Below are positions 16,958 to 26,984 of a stretch of DNA of 32,864 nucleotides, piece after piece. The stretch lies in NCBI GenBank assembly GCA_026415995.1, contig JAOAGB010000063.1, positions 1 to 32,864 on the forward strand, written 5' to 3'. Under the pieces are notes generated by a model that saw nothing but the letters and a program-made list of their open reading frames with translations, did not search any database and was not told the origin of the DNA. The translations under genes and the position numbers were made by a program. The stretch comes from Thermodesulfovibrio sp. (GTDB taxonomy: Bacteria; Nitrospirota; Thermodesulfovibrionia; Thermodesulfovibrionales; Thermodesulfovibrionaceae). Positions within the stretch are counted from its first letter, which is position 1, and every line of letters begins with the position of its first letter.

Positions 16958-16986
16958 TTTACAACCCTTTCTCTAAACTGCATAAT
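16958..16986 (+). promoter_or_regulatory. Putative sigma70 promoter of the lactate operon
   Basis: TTTACA (16958-16963), 17 nt, CATAAT (16981-16986); AAGGAGG RBS downstream. Confidence 0.65.
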
Positions 16987-17017
16987 TATAAAAATTAAGC
17001 TTTAAGGAGGGAGTGTT

Positions 17018-18784
17018 ATGCCATGGAACATTAACGTTGATCCACTTGGCAGTCTTGCAATCAGTGCTTTAGTAGCAGCAGTGCCTATTTTCTATCTCTT
17101 TTGGGCTCTTGCCTATAAGAGGATGAAAGGTCACTGGGCAGCAATCTCAGCAGTTATAATTGCCATGTTAATTTCAATTGTTGCCTATGGAATGCCTGTG
17201 AATCTTGCTGTTCTTTCCACATTTAATGGTTTTATATTCGGATTGTGGCCTGTTTGTTGGATTGTTGTAACCGCAGTTTATATTTACAATCTCTCTGTAG
17301 AAACCAAACAGTTTGAAATTATCAAAAACTCTCTTGCCACAATTACAGATGACAGAAGAATTCAAGCAGTGATAATAGCTTTCTCTTTTGGTGCCTTTCT
17401 TGAAGGTGCTGCAGGATTTGGAACCCCGGTAGCAATTTCTGCTGCAATGCTTGCAGGATTAGGTTTCAACCCCATTTATGCATGTGGTATATGTCTAATT
17501 GCAAACACAGCACCAGTTGCCTTTGGCGCTATTGGTATACCTATCGTTGTTGGTGCAGGCGTTTCTGGTGTTGACATGATGGCATTAAGTAAGATGGTGG
17601 GAAGACAACTACCTTTCTTCAGTGTTTTAGTTCCTTTTTATATGGTCGTTGTCATGGCTGGATGGAAAAAGGCTATTGAAATATGGCCAGTATTACTTGT
17701 AAGTGGTGGCTCCTTTGCTCTTACTCAGTTTATCGTTTCCAACTATATTGGTCCCTACCTACCTGATATTCTCTCAGCAATCATATCAATCATAGCGACA
17801 GTTATATTTGTTAAAATTTGGCATCCAAAAGAATCCTGGACTTTCTCCCACGAAGCCTGTGCTGAAGGAAAAGCATGCCTTCAGTATTCCTTTGGTCAGG
17901 TTTTTCGTGCATGGGCACCTTTCATCCTGCTTTCAATCTTTGTTGCTGCCTGGGGGATAAAACCTGTAAAGGCAGTGCTTGATCAAATTGCTACATTTAA
18001 ATTCCCTATCGCAGGACTTGATAAAGCAGTAATAGATCATCTTGGAAAACCAAAAGCTGCTGTGTATGCCTTTAATCTTCTATCAGCAGCAGGAACAGCC
18101 ATACTCTTTGCAGGAATTCTTTCAATCCCTGTAATGGGTGCATCAATTGGAACTGCTTTAAAAGTTGCAGGAAGGACACTTAATCAACTTAAATGGCCAA
18201 TTGTAACAATCGGAACAATCCTCGGGTTTGCCTATCTATATAACTTTTCAGGAATGGCAATAACCCTTGGTTATGCCTTTGCATCAACAGGGGTAGTATT
18301 TCCACTTTTTGCAGCCTTTCTCGGCTGGCTTGGTGTTTTCATGACAGGTTCAGATACATCTTCTAACGCACTTTTCGGAAAATTACAGGAAGTTACCGCT
18401 CGTCAACTTGGTATAGACCCTGTGCTTACTGTAGCAGCAAACTCCTCTGGTGGAGTTTTTGGTAAAATGATTTCTCCTCAATCCATTGCAGTTGCTACAG
18501 CAGCTACTGGATATGTAGGACATGAAGGTGATATATTTAGATTTACACTGAAACATTCAATCATTCTTACATTCATAATGGGGTTACTTGCAATGCTTCA
18601 AGCTTATGTATTTACATGGATGATTCCTCAATGGGAACAAGTGGTACAGGTAGCTGTACAGGCAGCAAAACCATCAGCTCAAGCAGTAAGCTCAGAAGGT
18701 GTGACATACCTTGTGGTAACCTTCGCAATCTCCTTGTTTATCGTTATTCTTTCAAGAATAATCGGTAAGGGAGTCATAAAATGA
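17018..18784 (+). CDS. lctP: L-lactate permease
   Basis: FGAFLEGAAGFGTPVA, ANTAPVAFGAIG, TGSDTSSNALFG, GKMISPQSIA. Confidence 0.95.
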   Translation: MPWNINVDPLGSLAISALVAAVPIFYLFWALAYKRMKGHWAAISAVIIAMLISIVAYGMPVNLAVLSTFNGFIFGLWPVCWIVVTAVYIYNLSVETKQFEIIKNSLATITDDRRIQAVIIAFSFGAFLEGAAGFGTPVAISAAMLAGLGFNPIYACGICLIANTAPVAFGAIGIPIVVGAGVSGVDMMALSKMVGRQLPFFSVLVPFYMVVVMAGWKKAIEIWPVLLVSGGSFALTQFIVSNYIGPYLPDILSAIISIIATVIFVKIWHPKESWTFSHEACAEGKACLQYSFGQVFRAWAPFILLSIFVAAWGIKPVKAVLDQIATFKFPIAGLDKAVIDHLGKPKAAVYAFNLLSAAGTAILFAGILSIPVMGASIGTALKVAGRTLNQLKWPIVTIGTILGFAYLYNFSGMAITLGYAFASTGVVFPLFAAFLGWLGVFMTGSDTSSNALFGKLQEVTARQLGIDPVLTVAANSSGGVFGKMISPQSIAVATAATGYVGHEGDIFRFTLKHSIILTFIMGLLAMLQAYVFTWMIPQWEQVVQVAVQAAKPSAQAVSSEGVTYLVVTFAISLFIVILSRIIGKGVIK

Positions 18785-20172
18785 TCGATAGAGAGTTTAT
18801 AGATAAGTGTAAAAACATTTTTGGTCATGAAAATGTTCTTACAGAAAAGGCTGAACTTATAGCCTACAGCTATGATGCTACCCCTGGAATTCCCCGTGAA
18901 ACTCCAGGGGTGGTGGTATTTCCTGAAAATACAAAGCAGATTCAAGAACTAATTTTTCTTGCAAGACAAACAAAAACTCCCATTTATCCAAGAGGTGCAG
19001 GAACAAGCTTGAGTGGTGGACCTGTACCATTAAGCAAGGGAGTTGTAATTTCCTTTCAAAAAATGAACAAGATACTTGAAGTAGACCCTGATAATCTCAC
19101 AGCAACTGTACAGCCCGGTGTAGTAGTTGCTGAACTCAATACAGCAGTGTCTAAATTCGGCCTTCTATATCCTCCTGATCCCGGTTCAATGGCAACAGCA
19201 ACAGTTGGTGGAACAGTTGCTGAGAATGCCGGAGGTTTGAGAGGATTAAAGTATGGCGTTACCAAACACTATATAATGGGAATGGAAGTTGTTATGCCAA
19301 CAGGCGAAGTATTTCGCTTTGGAGGCAAAACAGTAAAAAATGTGACTGCCTATGACTTCACTCATCTATTTGTTGGTTCAGAAGGAACGCTTGGAATAGT
19401 TACAGAAATAATATGTAAACTCATACCAGCTCCAAAATATCGCAAAGCTATGATTGCTTTTTTTGACCGACTTGAAGATGCGGGGAAGACTGTCACAGAC
19501 ATCGTTCGCAATCATGTAATTCCTGCAACCCTTGAGATTATGGATAAAGTTACAATTCAGACAGTGGAAAATTTTGCAAAAGTCGGACTTCCTACTGATG
19601 CAGAGGCATTATTGCTAATCGAAGTTGATGGTATGGGCAAGGATTCAGTTGAATGGGAAGCTGAAAAGTGTGTTGAAATTATAAAGCAGAATAATGGTAA
19701 ATATAAAATTGCAGAGACAGACTCAGAAAGAGACTCTCTCTGGCAAGCCCGTAGAGCAGCATTACCAGCTCTGGCACAGGTAAAACCTGCCACAATTCTT
19801 GAGGATGCTACTGTTCCAAGAACTAAACTTGTTGACATGCTTATAGGTGTACAAAACATTGCCCAAAAATATGGTTTAATGATTGGCACCTTTGGTCATG
19901 CAGGAGATGGAAATCTACATCCTACCCTTTTAGTTGATCCCATGAATAGTGAAGAAATGGCAAAGGTTCATAAGGCAGTTGATGAAATATTTGAAACAGC
20001 TCTATCACTTGGTGGAACTCTATCGGGAGAACACGGAATTGGTGTGGCAAAACTAAAATATCTGAAAAACGAAATCGGACGCTCTGGAATAGATACAATG
20101 AGAAGAATAAAGCAAGCCCTTGACCCTGACAACATTCTTAATCCTGGCAAACTTGTTCCAATGGAGGATTAA
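18781..20172 (+). CDS. FAD-linked oxidase, GlcD-type (probable D-lactate dehydrogenase flavin subunit)
   Basis: PRGAGTSLSGG, YPPDPGS, GSEGTLG, GHAGDGNLH, SGEHGIG, NPGK; lactate operon context. Confidence 0.9.
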   Translation: MIDREFIDKCKNIFGHENVLTEKAELIAYSYDATPGIPRETPGVVVFPENTKQIQELIFLARQTKTPIYPRGAGTSLSGGPVPLSKGVVISFQKMNKILEVDPDNLTATVQPGVVVAELNTAVSKFGLLYPPDPGSMATATVGGTVAENAGGLRGLKYGVTKHYIMGMEVVMPTGEVFRFGGKTVKNVTAYDFTHLFVGSEGTLGIVTEIICKLIPAPKYRKAMIAFFDRLEDAGKTVTDIVRNHVIPATLEIMDKVTIQTVENFAKVGLPTDAEALLLIEVDGMGKDSVEWEAEKCVEIIKQNNGKYKIAETDSERDSLWQARRAALPALAQVKPATILEDATVPRTKLVDMLIGVQNIAQKYGLMIGTFGHAGDGNLHPTLLVDPMNSEEMAKVHKAVDEIFETALSLGGTLSGEHGIGVAKLKYLKNEIGRSGIDTMRRIKQALDPDNILNPGKLVPMED

Positions 20173-20173
20173 T

Positions 20174-21487
20174 GTGACAGTAAGTGCTAAAACAGTATTT
20201 GATGACTTGGAAACTTTAAAAAAAGAGCTTATCAGATGTATGAAATGTGGTAACTGCATGTCTGTATGCCCGATTTATAATGTTGAAAAAAAGGAATCTT
20301 CCGTAGCCCGTGGTAAAATTGCTCTTGGAGAAGCTATCTTATCGGAGAATATTAAAATAGATGATGAAACCCTTGTAAAGCTTATTTTTAATTGTCTTGT
20401 TTGCAAATCTTGTATGCTTGCCTGTCCTTCTGGTGTCAGGTTTGACAGAATCATTCTGGGGCTTAGATCAGCAATTGTAAAGAAAAAGGGAATTCCCTTT
20501 GTAAAAAAAGCACTTTTTGGACTTTTAAGGAATTCTGAACTTTTTGACAAAGGAATGAAAGCCTTTGCAGCAATGCAGGGATTATTTCTTAGTGCTGAGG
20601 AAGAAAAAAAACGGAAACCAAGAGGATTTCTTAGGGGAATAAGTTCAAGATTCGACGAAAAATTCATTCTGCCAGAACTTTCCCGTGAAAGCTTTCGTGA
20701 TAGATCGAAAGAGAAAGAGGAAGTTTCATTACCTCAGGCAACTGCTTTATTTTTCACAGGATGCTCGGTAAATTATCTTTATCCCGAAGTAGGTGATGAC
20801 TTAATTTATGTACTTAAGGAAAACAACGTTACCATAATTACACCAAAGAAGCAGAATTGCTGTGGAATGCCTGTCATGGTTCATGGAGATATTGAAACTG
20901 CCCGTGAGATTGCAAAGAAAAATATTGATATATTCGAAAAAACAGAGGCTCAATATATCGTTACAGTTTGTGGCTCCTGTGGTAGTGCCCTTAAACATGA
21001 ATATCCAATTATTCTTGAAAACACCGAATATGAAGAAAGAGCAAAAAAATGGGCTCAAAAGGTCTATGACATATCAGTATTTCTTCTTAAGGTCATAAAA
21101 TTTAAGGAACCAAAGGGAAAACTTAATCTAAAGGTTACCTATCATGATTCCTGTCATCTTAAAAAATCAATGAAAGTTTTTAATGAGCCAAGACAACTTC
21201 TTAAAATGATTCCTGGACTGACCTTAGTTGAGATGAAAAAACCCGATGCCTGTTGCGGAAGTGGAGGCAGTTATCATCTTACTTATGCTAATACTTCACT
21301 GAAAATTGCAAAGGAAAAAGCTGAAGATATAAAAGCAACACAGGCAAATGTAGTATGTACAGGCTGTCCTGCCTGTATGATGGAGATTTTTGAGAGTTTA
21401 AACAGATTTGGTGGTAATTGCCATGTCACACATACAGTAAGCTTACTCGCAAAATCATATAAAAATGAGAGGGCTGGAAATGTTTGA
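20174..21487 (+). CDS. GlcF-type Fe-S subunit (two 4Fe-4S motifs plus two CCG domains)
   Basis: CMKCGNCMSVCP, CLVCKSCMLACP, CCG twice, TYHDSCHL. Start moved to GTG 20174 after GGAGG. Confidence 0.9.
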   Translation: MTVSAKTVFDDLETLKKELIRCMKCGNCMSVCPIYNVEKKESSVARGKIALGEAILSENIKIDDETLVKLIFNCLVCKSCMLACPSGVRFDRIILGLRSAIVKKKGIPFVKKALFGLLRNSELFDKGMKAFAAMQGLFLSAEEEKKRKPRGFLRGISSRFDEKFILPELSRESFRDRSKEKEEVSLPQATALFFTGCSVNYLYPEVGDDLIYVLKENNVTIITPKKQNCCGMPVMVHGDIETAREIAKKNIDIFEKTEAQYIVTVCGSCGSALKHEYPIILENTEYEERAKKWAQKVYDISVFLLKVIKFKEPKGKLNLKVTYHDSCHLKKSMKVFNEPRQLLKMIPGLTLVEMKKPDACCGSGGSYHLTYANTSLKIAKEKAEDIKATQANVVCTGCPACMMEIFESLNRFGGNCHVTHTVSLLAKSYKNERAGNV

Positions 21488-22016
21488 ACTTTTTAAGCAA
21501 AAAGCAGAAGCAATAAATGCAGAAGTGTACTATTTTAAAAGTAAAGCAGAGGCTCTTGACTTTATTAAAGATTTTATCTTAGAACATAATCCTAATAAAC
21601 TGTCCAAAGGTGTTGTTTGGTGTGAATCTCCCTTTCTTGAAGGTATAGACAAAGACTCACTACTTATGGAATTACCACAGGTTGAATTTAACATTGACCT
21701 TAATTCAGCCTCATCAGCAAAGATTGGAATAAATCAGGTAGATTATGGCATTGCTGAAACAGGAAGTCTTGTAGAAATCTCGGAAAATGTTTCAAAAAGA
21801 CTATGTTCAACCTTGCCTGAAATTCATTTAGCCATTTTACCATTAAGCAAGATTGAGCCAACGATGGATGATATTATGAAAAAAATAGATATAAGAAAAA
21901 TTCCTTACCTTACTGTAATCAGCGGTCCCAGCAGAACCGCTGATATAGAGAGAGTGCTCACAATTGGTGTGCATGGACCTGAAAGAGTCCTGATTCTTTG
22001 TGTTGATAATTTTTAG
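21480..22016 (+). CDS. lldG: LutC/LldG lactate utilisation (LUD-domain) protein
   Basis: GIAETGS, ISGPSRTADIERVLTIGVHGP. ATG 21480 preferred. Confidence 0.9.
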   Translation: MFELFKQKAEAINAEVYYFKSKAEALDFIKDFILEHNPNKLSKGVVWCESPFLEGIDKDSLLMELPQVEFNIDLNSASSAKIGINQVDYGIAETGSLVEISENVSKRLCSTLPEIHLAILPLSKIEPTMDDIMKKIDIRKIPYLTVISGPSRTADIERVLTIGVHGPERVLILCVDNF

Positions 22017-22028
22017 GAGGATTCATAG

Positions 22029-24155
22029 ATGATAAAGGAAGACATTAGAAAAGCGCTTCAGAATGCCAATCTTAGCGGAGCTTTAACCCGCTTTTCAGAG
22101 GCTTATGCAGTAAGCAGAGCCAAAGCCTACGAAGGACTTAACTTTGAAGAAATACGAGAAAAAATTGCCTCTGCTAAAGCCTTTGTGGCAGAGCATCTCG
22201 AGGAAGTAGTTCAAACTTTTATTAAATCTGCTCAGGCAAATGGAGCAAAGGTTTTTTATACAAAAAATCCTGATGAGGTAAAAAAGTATATCCTTGATCT
22301 CGCCAGGAAAAACAATGTAAAAAGCATAGTCAAATCTAAATCCATGGCAACAGAGGAAATTCATTTAAATAAATATCTTAAAGAACAAGGAATTGAGGTA
22401 AATGAAACAGACCTTGGTGAATGGATTATCCAGCTTGCAGGCCAAAGACCTTCCCATATGGTATTACCAGCTATTCATCTTACAAGATACGATGTATCTG
22501 ATGTTTTTACAAAAAAAGTTGAACCAATAGAACCAGACATCGCCAGAATGGTTAAATTTGCAAGAAAACATCTTAGAAGAAAGTTTCTCGCAGCAGACAT
22601 GGGAATTACAGGAGCAAATATGGCAATTGCTGAAACAGGAACTTTGGTGTTGTTTACCAATGAAGGGAATGCTCGTCTTACAATGACATTGCCTAAGATT
22701 CATGTGGCTGTGGTAGGAGTTGAAAAACTGGTAGCCAAATTTGAAGACATATTCCCTATAATAAAGGCATTACCAAGAAGTGCCACAGCTCAACTTATTA
22801 CAAGTTATATATCCTTTGTAACCAAACCTTACACTCACATAGACGGTTCACAAAAAGAGTTTCATATAGTTTTACTTGACAACAAAAGAAGTGAGGCTGC
22901 TAAAGACCCTGTTTTCAAACAATCCCTTCAATGCATTAGATGTGCTTCTTGCCTTAATGTTTGCCCTGTATTTAGGCTAATTGGCGGGCATGTGTTCGGT
23001 AAAATATACACAGGTGGCATAGGAACAATTCTAACTGCCTGGACAGAGGGGCTCAAGGCTTCGAAGGACATTCAGGGGCTTTGTATTCAGTGTGGAAACT
23101 GTGTGAAAGTATGCCCAGGTAAGATAAATATTCCTGAACTTATTGTTGAGATAAGAAAAAGATTGGCAAAACAAGAGGGATTAAGCTTTACTACGCGGGC
23201 AATATACTCTGTTGTAAATAATAGAAAACTTTTTCATTCGATACTAAGAACTGCCTCTAAATTGCAGAAACCCTTTGAAAGAAGCGGGTTCATAAGACAT
23301 CTACCCTTTTTCCTCTCAGATTTAACACAGGAAAGGAGCCTGCCAGCAATTGCAGAGACTCCATTTAGAGATAGATTCAGAAAAATAATCCAGCCAAGTT
23401 CTGGGAAAAAAGTAATATTTTTTGCAGGCTGCCTAATTGACTTCGCCTATCCTGAAATTGGAGAAGCATTGATAAAGCTTCTTAACTCAGCTGGGATTGA
23501 AGTTCTATTTCCAGAAGAGCAAACATGCTGTGGGGCACCAGCAAGATACTCAGGGGTAATGGATGTGGCAGCGAACAACTCAAGGCAAAATTTGGAAGCC
23601 CTTTTAAGCGTTGAAGCAGATTTCATCATCTCTGCTTGTCCTACATGTACTGTTGCTCTAAAACAACAATTTATAAAGGATTTAAAAGAACAAAATTATA
23701 CTCAAGAAATTATTACAAAAGCAGAAAAAATTTCAAAAAAGGTAAAAGATGCTTCAGAATTTATAAATACTCTTATAAAAGAAAATAAGATTAAATTCGA
23801 TAGGAGTCAAGAATTAACTGTCACCTATCACGATCCCTGTCATTTAATTAGAAGCCTTAATATTTACAAAGAACCGAGAGAAAGTCTAACCATATCTGGG
23901 ATGAAATTAATAGAAATGTTTGAATCAGACACATGCTGTGGAATGGGTGGATCCTATTCATTAAAATTTCCTGAAATTTCAGGAACAATACTAAGAAGAA
24001 AACTTGAAAACATAAAAAAAACAGGGGTTGACATGGTTTGCACAGACTGTCCTGGTTGCGTGATGCAGATTAGAGGGGGCATTGACAAAGAAGGACTTCC
24101 TATTAAAGTAAAACATTCATTAGAAGTGCTTGCTGAGAGATTAAAGGAGGTTTAA
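22029..24155 (+). CDS. lldH: LutB-LutA fusion (LldH-type) L-lactate dehydrogenase large subunit
   Basis: VKSKSMATEEI, ETDLGEWIIQL, PSHMVLPAIH, TNEGN, two CxxCxxCxxxCP and two CCG domains. Confidence 0.9.
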   Translation: MIKEDIRKALQNANLSGALTRFSEAYAVSRAKAYEGLNFEEIREKIASAKAFVAEHLEEVVQTFIKSAQANGAKVFYTKNPDEVKKYILDLARKNNVKSIVKSKSMATEEIHLNKYLKEQGIEVNETDLGEWIIQLAGQRPSHMVLPAIHLTRYDVSDVFTKKVEPIEPDIARMVKFARKHLRRKFLAADMGITGANMAIAETGTLVLFTNEGNARLTMTLPKIHVAVVGVEKLVAKFEDIFPIIKALPRSATAQLITSYISFVTKPYTHIDGSQKEFHIVLLDNKRSEAAKDPVFKQSLQCIRCASCLNVCPVFRLIGGHVFGKIYTGGIGTILTAWTEGLKASKDIQGLCIQCGNCVKVCPGKINIPELIVEIRKRLAKQEGLSFTTRAIYSVVNNRKLFHSILRTASKLQKPFERSGFIRHLPFFLSDLTQERSLPAIAETPFRDRFRKIIQPSSGKKVIFFAGCLIDFAYPEIGEALIKLLNSAGIEVLFPEEQTCCGAPARYSGVMDVAANNSRQNLEALLSVEADFIISACPTCTVALKQQFIKDLKEQNYTQEIITKAEKISKKVKDASEFINTLIKENKIKFDRSQELTVTYHDPCHLIRSLNIYKEPRESLTISGMKLIEMFESDTCCGMGGSYSLKFPEISGTILRRKLENIKKTGVDMVCTDCPGCVMQIRGGIDKEGLPIKVKHSLEVLAERLKEV

Positions 24156-24157
24156 CA

Positions 24158-24580
24158 ATGATTAGGTATTTCAAAGTAAGAAAATTAATTCAGGGAAGAT
24201 TATTTAAAGGGCAGGAAATAATCTCAGAAATCACAAAATATCTTAAAGAAAATACTATAAATGCTGGTTTAATAAGTGGTATAGGAGCTGTAAGCAAAGC
24301 TAAAATAGGATACTATGATCAGACAACACGACAGTATATATCACAGGAGTTTAATGAACCAATGGAAATTTTATTTTTAAAGGGAAATATATCTATAAAA
24401 GATGGCGAACCTTTTCCCCATATACATATTGTTCTCTCAAAAAAAGATTACTCCTGTATAGGAGGCCATCTTTTTGAGGCCCAAGTTTTTGCCTTTGAAT
24501 TTGAACTTATTGAATTTGACGGAAATTTCTATGAAAGAGGATTTGATGAAGATACAGGCTTATTTCTTTGGAAAATTTAA
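24158..24580 (+). CDS. PPC/DUF296-domain protein
   Basis: GIGAV, EILFLKGNIS, HIH, GGHL motifs; AAGGAGG RBS. Confidence 0.88.
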   Translation: MIRYFKVRKLIQGRLFKGQEIISEITKYLKENTINAGLISGIGAVSKAKIGYYDQTTRQYISQEFNEPMEILFLKGNISIKDGEPFPHIHIVLSKKDYSCIGGHLFEAQVFAFEFELIEFDGNFYERGFDEDTGLFLWKI

Positions 24581-25494
24581 ATAAGCATCTCTTCAAGAGT
24601 AATTTTTACACATTCAGCTAAAACATCGAGATTGTAACCACCTTCAAGTACAAATATTTTAGGAGCGTAGGAGGAGTTAAGAATGCTTCTGACAATGCTT
24701 CTTACTCCTTCTGTGGTTACATTTATATAACTTAAAGGATCTTCTTGATGGATATCATAGCCAGCAGAAACTAATATAAGATCTGGCTTCACTTCTCTAA
24801 TTTTTTGAGGCAGTATGTCCTGAAAAACAGTCAAATATTCTCTGGTTCCTGAACCTGCTCTTAATTGAATATTATATGTACATCCTTCTCCTTTGCCTTT
24901 TCCAATTTCAAGCTCTCTACCAGTGCCAGGATAAAATGGAAACTGATGAGAACTAAAATAGAAAACTGAACAATCATCTTCAAAGATGTGCTGAGTACCA
25001 TTTCCATGATGGACATCAAAATCAATAATAAAAATTTTTCTGTATCCCTTTTTCTTGGCATAGGCAGCACCCACTGAGATATTATTAAAAATACAAAATC
25101 CCATAGCAGTGTCAACCTCAGCATGATGTCCAGGAGGTCTTACCGCACAAAAGGCTCTATCAACTTCCTTGTTATATACATAATCAATGGCATCCAAAAC
25201 AGCACCTACTGCATAACAAGCAACTTCATAGGTATTTTCACTTAGATAAGTATCTGGGTCTAAATATCCAGCCTTTGAGTTCTTAATTTTTTCAATGTAG
25301 TAAGGCTCATGAACAAGAGCGATTTCCTCGTGAGTTGCTTTTCTGGGTTTTATATGAACAAGCCTATCCCAAAGCCCTTGCCTTTTTAAGTGATTTACAA
25401 TAGCAATCAGTCTTTCCTTTGATTCTGGATGTCCCTGAGGGGTTTCATGCATTAGAAATATGTCATCATATACAAAGCCAACTTTTCTATCCAT
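24577..25494 (-). CDS. Zn-dependent histone-deacetylase-family protein
   Basis: HPE, RPPGHH, GFCIFNN, DFDVHHGNGT, SAGYD, LEGGY. ATG 25494 preferred over TTG 25530. Confidence 0.93.
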   Translation of the reverse strand: MDRKVGFVYDDIFLMHETPQGHPESKERLIAIVNHLKRQGLWDRLVHIKPRKATHEEIALVHEPYYIEKIKNSKAGYLDPDTYLSENTYEVACYAVGAVLDAIDYVYNKEVDRAFCAVRPPGHHAEVDTAMGFCIFNNISVGAAYAKKKGYRKIFIIDFDVHHGNGTQHIFEDDCSVFYFSSHQFPFYPGTGRELEIGKGKGEGCTYNIQLRAGSGTREYLTVFQDILPQKIREVKPDLILVSAGYDIHQEDPLSYINVTTEGVRSIVRSILNSSYAPKIFVLEGGYNLDVLAECVKITLEEMLI

Positions 25495-25547
25495 AAAAAA
25501 TGATATCTTATACCATACATGAAAAGTCAAGTTACAGAGAGTTTTAT

Positions 25548-26618
25548 CTATCTTACTTTAATTGGGAGTCTTATTATGACAGTACTTCCCTTCCCCAATT
25601 CGCTCTCAATAGATATAAATCCCCTATAATATTGAACAATTGTAAGAGAAATTGTTAGTCCAAGACCTGGACCGTAGACCTTTGTAGTAAAAAATGGGTC
25701 AAATATTTTCTTTATTAATTCCTTAGGAATTCCCTTGCCCGTATCAGAAATTTTTATTTCTAAGTCATTTCCTGTTAATTCAATAGAAATTTTTAAAATT
25801 CTCCTATCTGATTTTTCCATTGCCTCAATAGCGTTTTTTATGATATTGCGGAGCACTATCTTGAGGTGTTCTTTGTCTATATAAATTGAAGGTGTTTCTT
25901 TGAAATCTATTTCAACCTCTATTGCCTTGTCTTCAATTTCCTTTTCAAACTCTTCTAAAACCTCTTCTACCGCCTTTTTAGGGTCAACATTTTCAAGAAA
26001 GCCTATGGCGATCATTTTAAGATTAAGAATATCACTTAAAAGTCGTTCTAATCTCTCAGCTTCTTGTATTATGGTCATAAGATAAGGTTTATTAGGATCT
26101 CCTGGAGGTAGACTGTTATATACTTTTTTAGCAAATCCTGCTATACTAACAATTGGATTCCTTATTTCATGAGAAAGACTATCAATAACTTTCCTTACTG
26201 ACTCTGTTTTTTCCTCTTCAACAACCTTTTCTGCTGTTTCTTTCCTCGTAAGAAGAGAGCGAATCCTGGCTGATAGTTCTCTGTAATCAAAAGGTTTAGG
26301 GACATAATCATCGGCACCAATATCAAATCCCTTAACTCTACTTTCTACATCAGATTTTGCCGTAAGCATAATAATAGGGATCAGCTTAGTCTTTTCATCA
26401 TTTTTTAGTCTGCTGCAAACTTCATATCCATCCATTTTGGGCATCATGACATCAAGAATTATTATATCCGGATTAGATTCGTAGACCTTCTGTAAAGCTT
26501 CTTCACCGTCATAGGCTTCTATGGTGTTGTAGCCCTCGGCTTTTAGCCTTTTTCGCAAAAGTTCTACTGTATCAATATTGTCATCTACAATTAAAACCGT
26601 CTGTTGCTGTTCGTTCAT
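25548..26618 (-). CDS. Receiver-histidine kinase hybrid (REC-HisKA-HATPase)
   Basis: REC with IVDD, ILDVMMP, KPF; H-box SHEIRNP; NAIEA, DTGKGI, PFFTTK, GPGLGL. Confidence 0.92.
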   Translation of the reverse strand: MNEQQQTVLIVDDNIDTVELLRKRLKAEGYNTIEAYDGEEALQKVYESNPDIIILDVMMPKMDGYEVCSRLKNDEKTKLIPIIMLTAKSDVESRVKGFDIGADDYVPKPFDYRELSARIRSLLTRKETAEKVVEEEKTESVRKVIDSLSHEIRNPIVSIAGFAKKVYNSLPPGDPNKPYLMTIIQEAERLERLLSDILNLKMIAIGFLENVDPKKAVEEVLEEFEKEIEDKAIEVEIDFKETPSIYIDKEHLKIVLRNIIKNAIEAMEKSDRRILKISIELTGNDLEIKISDTGKGIPKELIKKIFDPFFTTKVYGPGLGLTISLTIVQYYRGFISIESELGKGSTVIIRLPIKVR

Positions 26619-26983
26619 TTATCTTTAAGATAAATTTTAATTTGTTCTGGAAATTCTCTTACATTAATAGGCTTTGATATATAACCATTACAGCCTGCCT
26701 GAAGAGCCTTTTCTTGATCTCCTCTCATGGCATGAGCAGTAAAGGCTATAATAGGGGTATCCTTAAAATCAGGTCTTGCCTTTAATCTTCTGGTAGCCTC
26801 ATATCCATCAATTTTAGGAATTGATATATCCATAAGTATGAGGTCTGGTCTGTAAGCAACTGCTTTTGCAATAGCGTCCTCTCCATCCACTGCCTCTATG
26901 ATTTCATATCCCTGTTTTTTTAGTATTTTTTTAACAAGCTCTCTTGAATCCTCATTATCATCAACTATTAGAATTTTTTTCAT
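26615..26983 (-). CDS. Single-domain response regulator (DivK-like)
   Basis: IVDD, ILMDISIP, FTAHAMRGD, ISKPI; no output domain. Confidence 0.93.
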   Translation of the reverse strand: MKKILIVDDNEDSRELVKKILKKQGYEIIEAVDGEDAIAKAVAYRPDLILMDISIPKIDGYEATRRLKARPDFKDTPIIAFTAHAMRGDQEKALQAGCNGYISKPINVREFPEQIKIYLKDK

Positions 26984-26984
26984 T

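Noticed and set aside
20120-20173. N-terminal extension of the GlcF-type ORF resembling a signal peptide
   Set aside because: It lies within the upstream gene; GTG 20174 has a proper SD.
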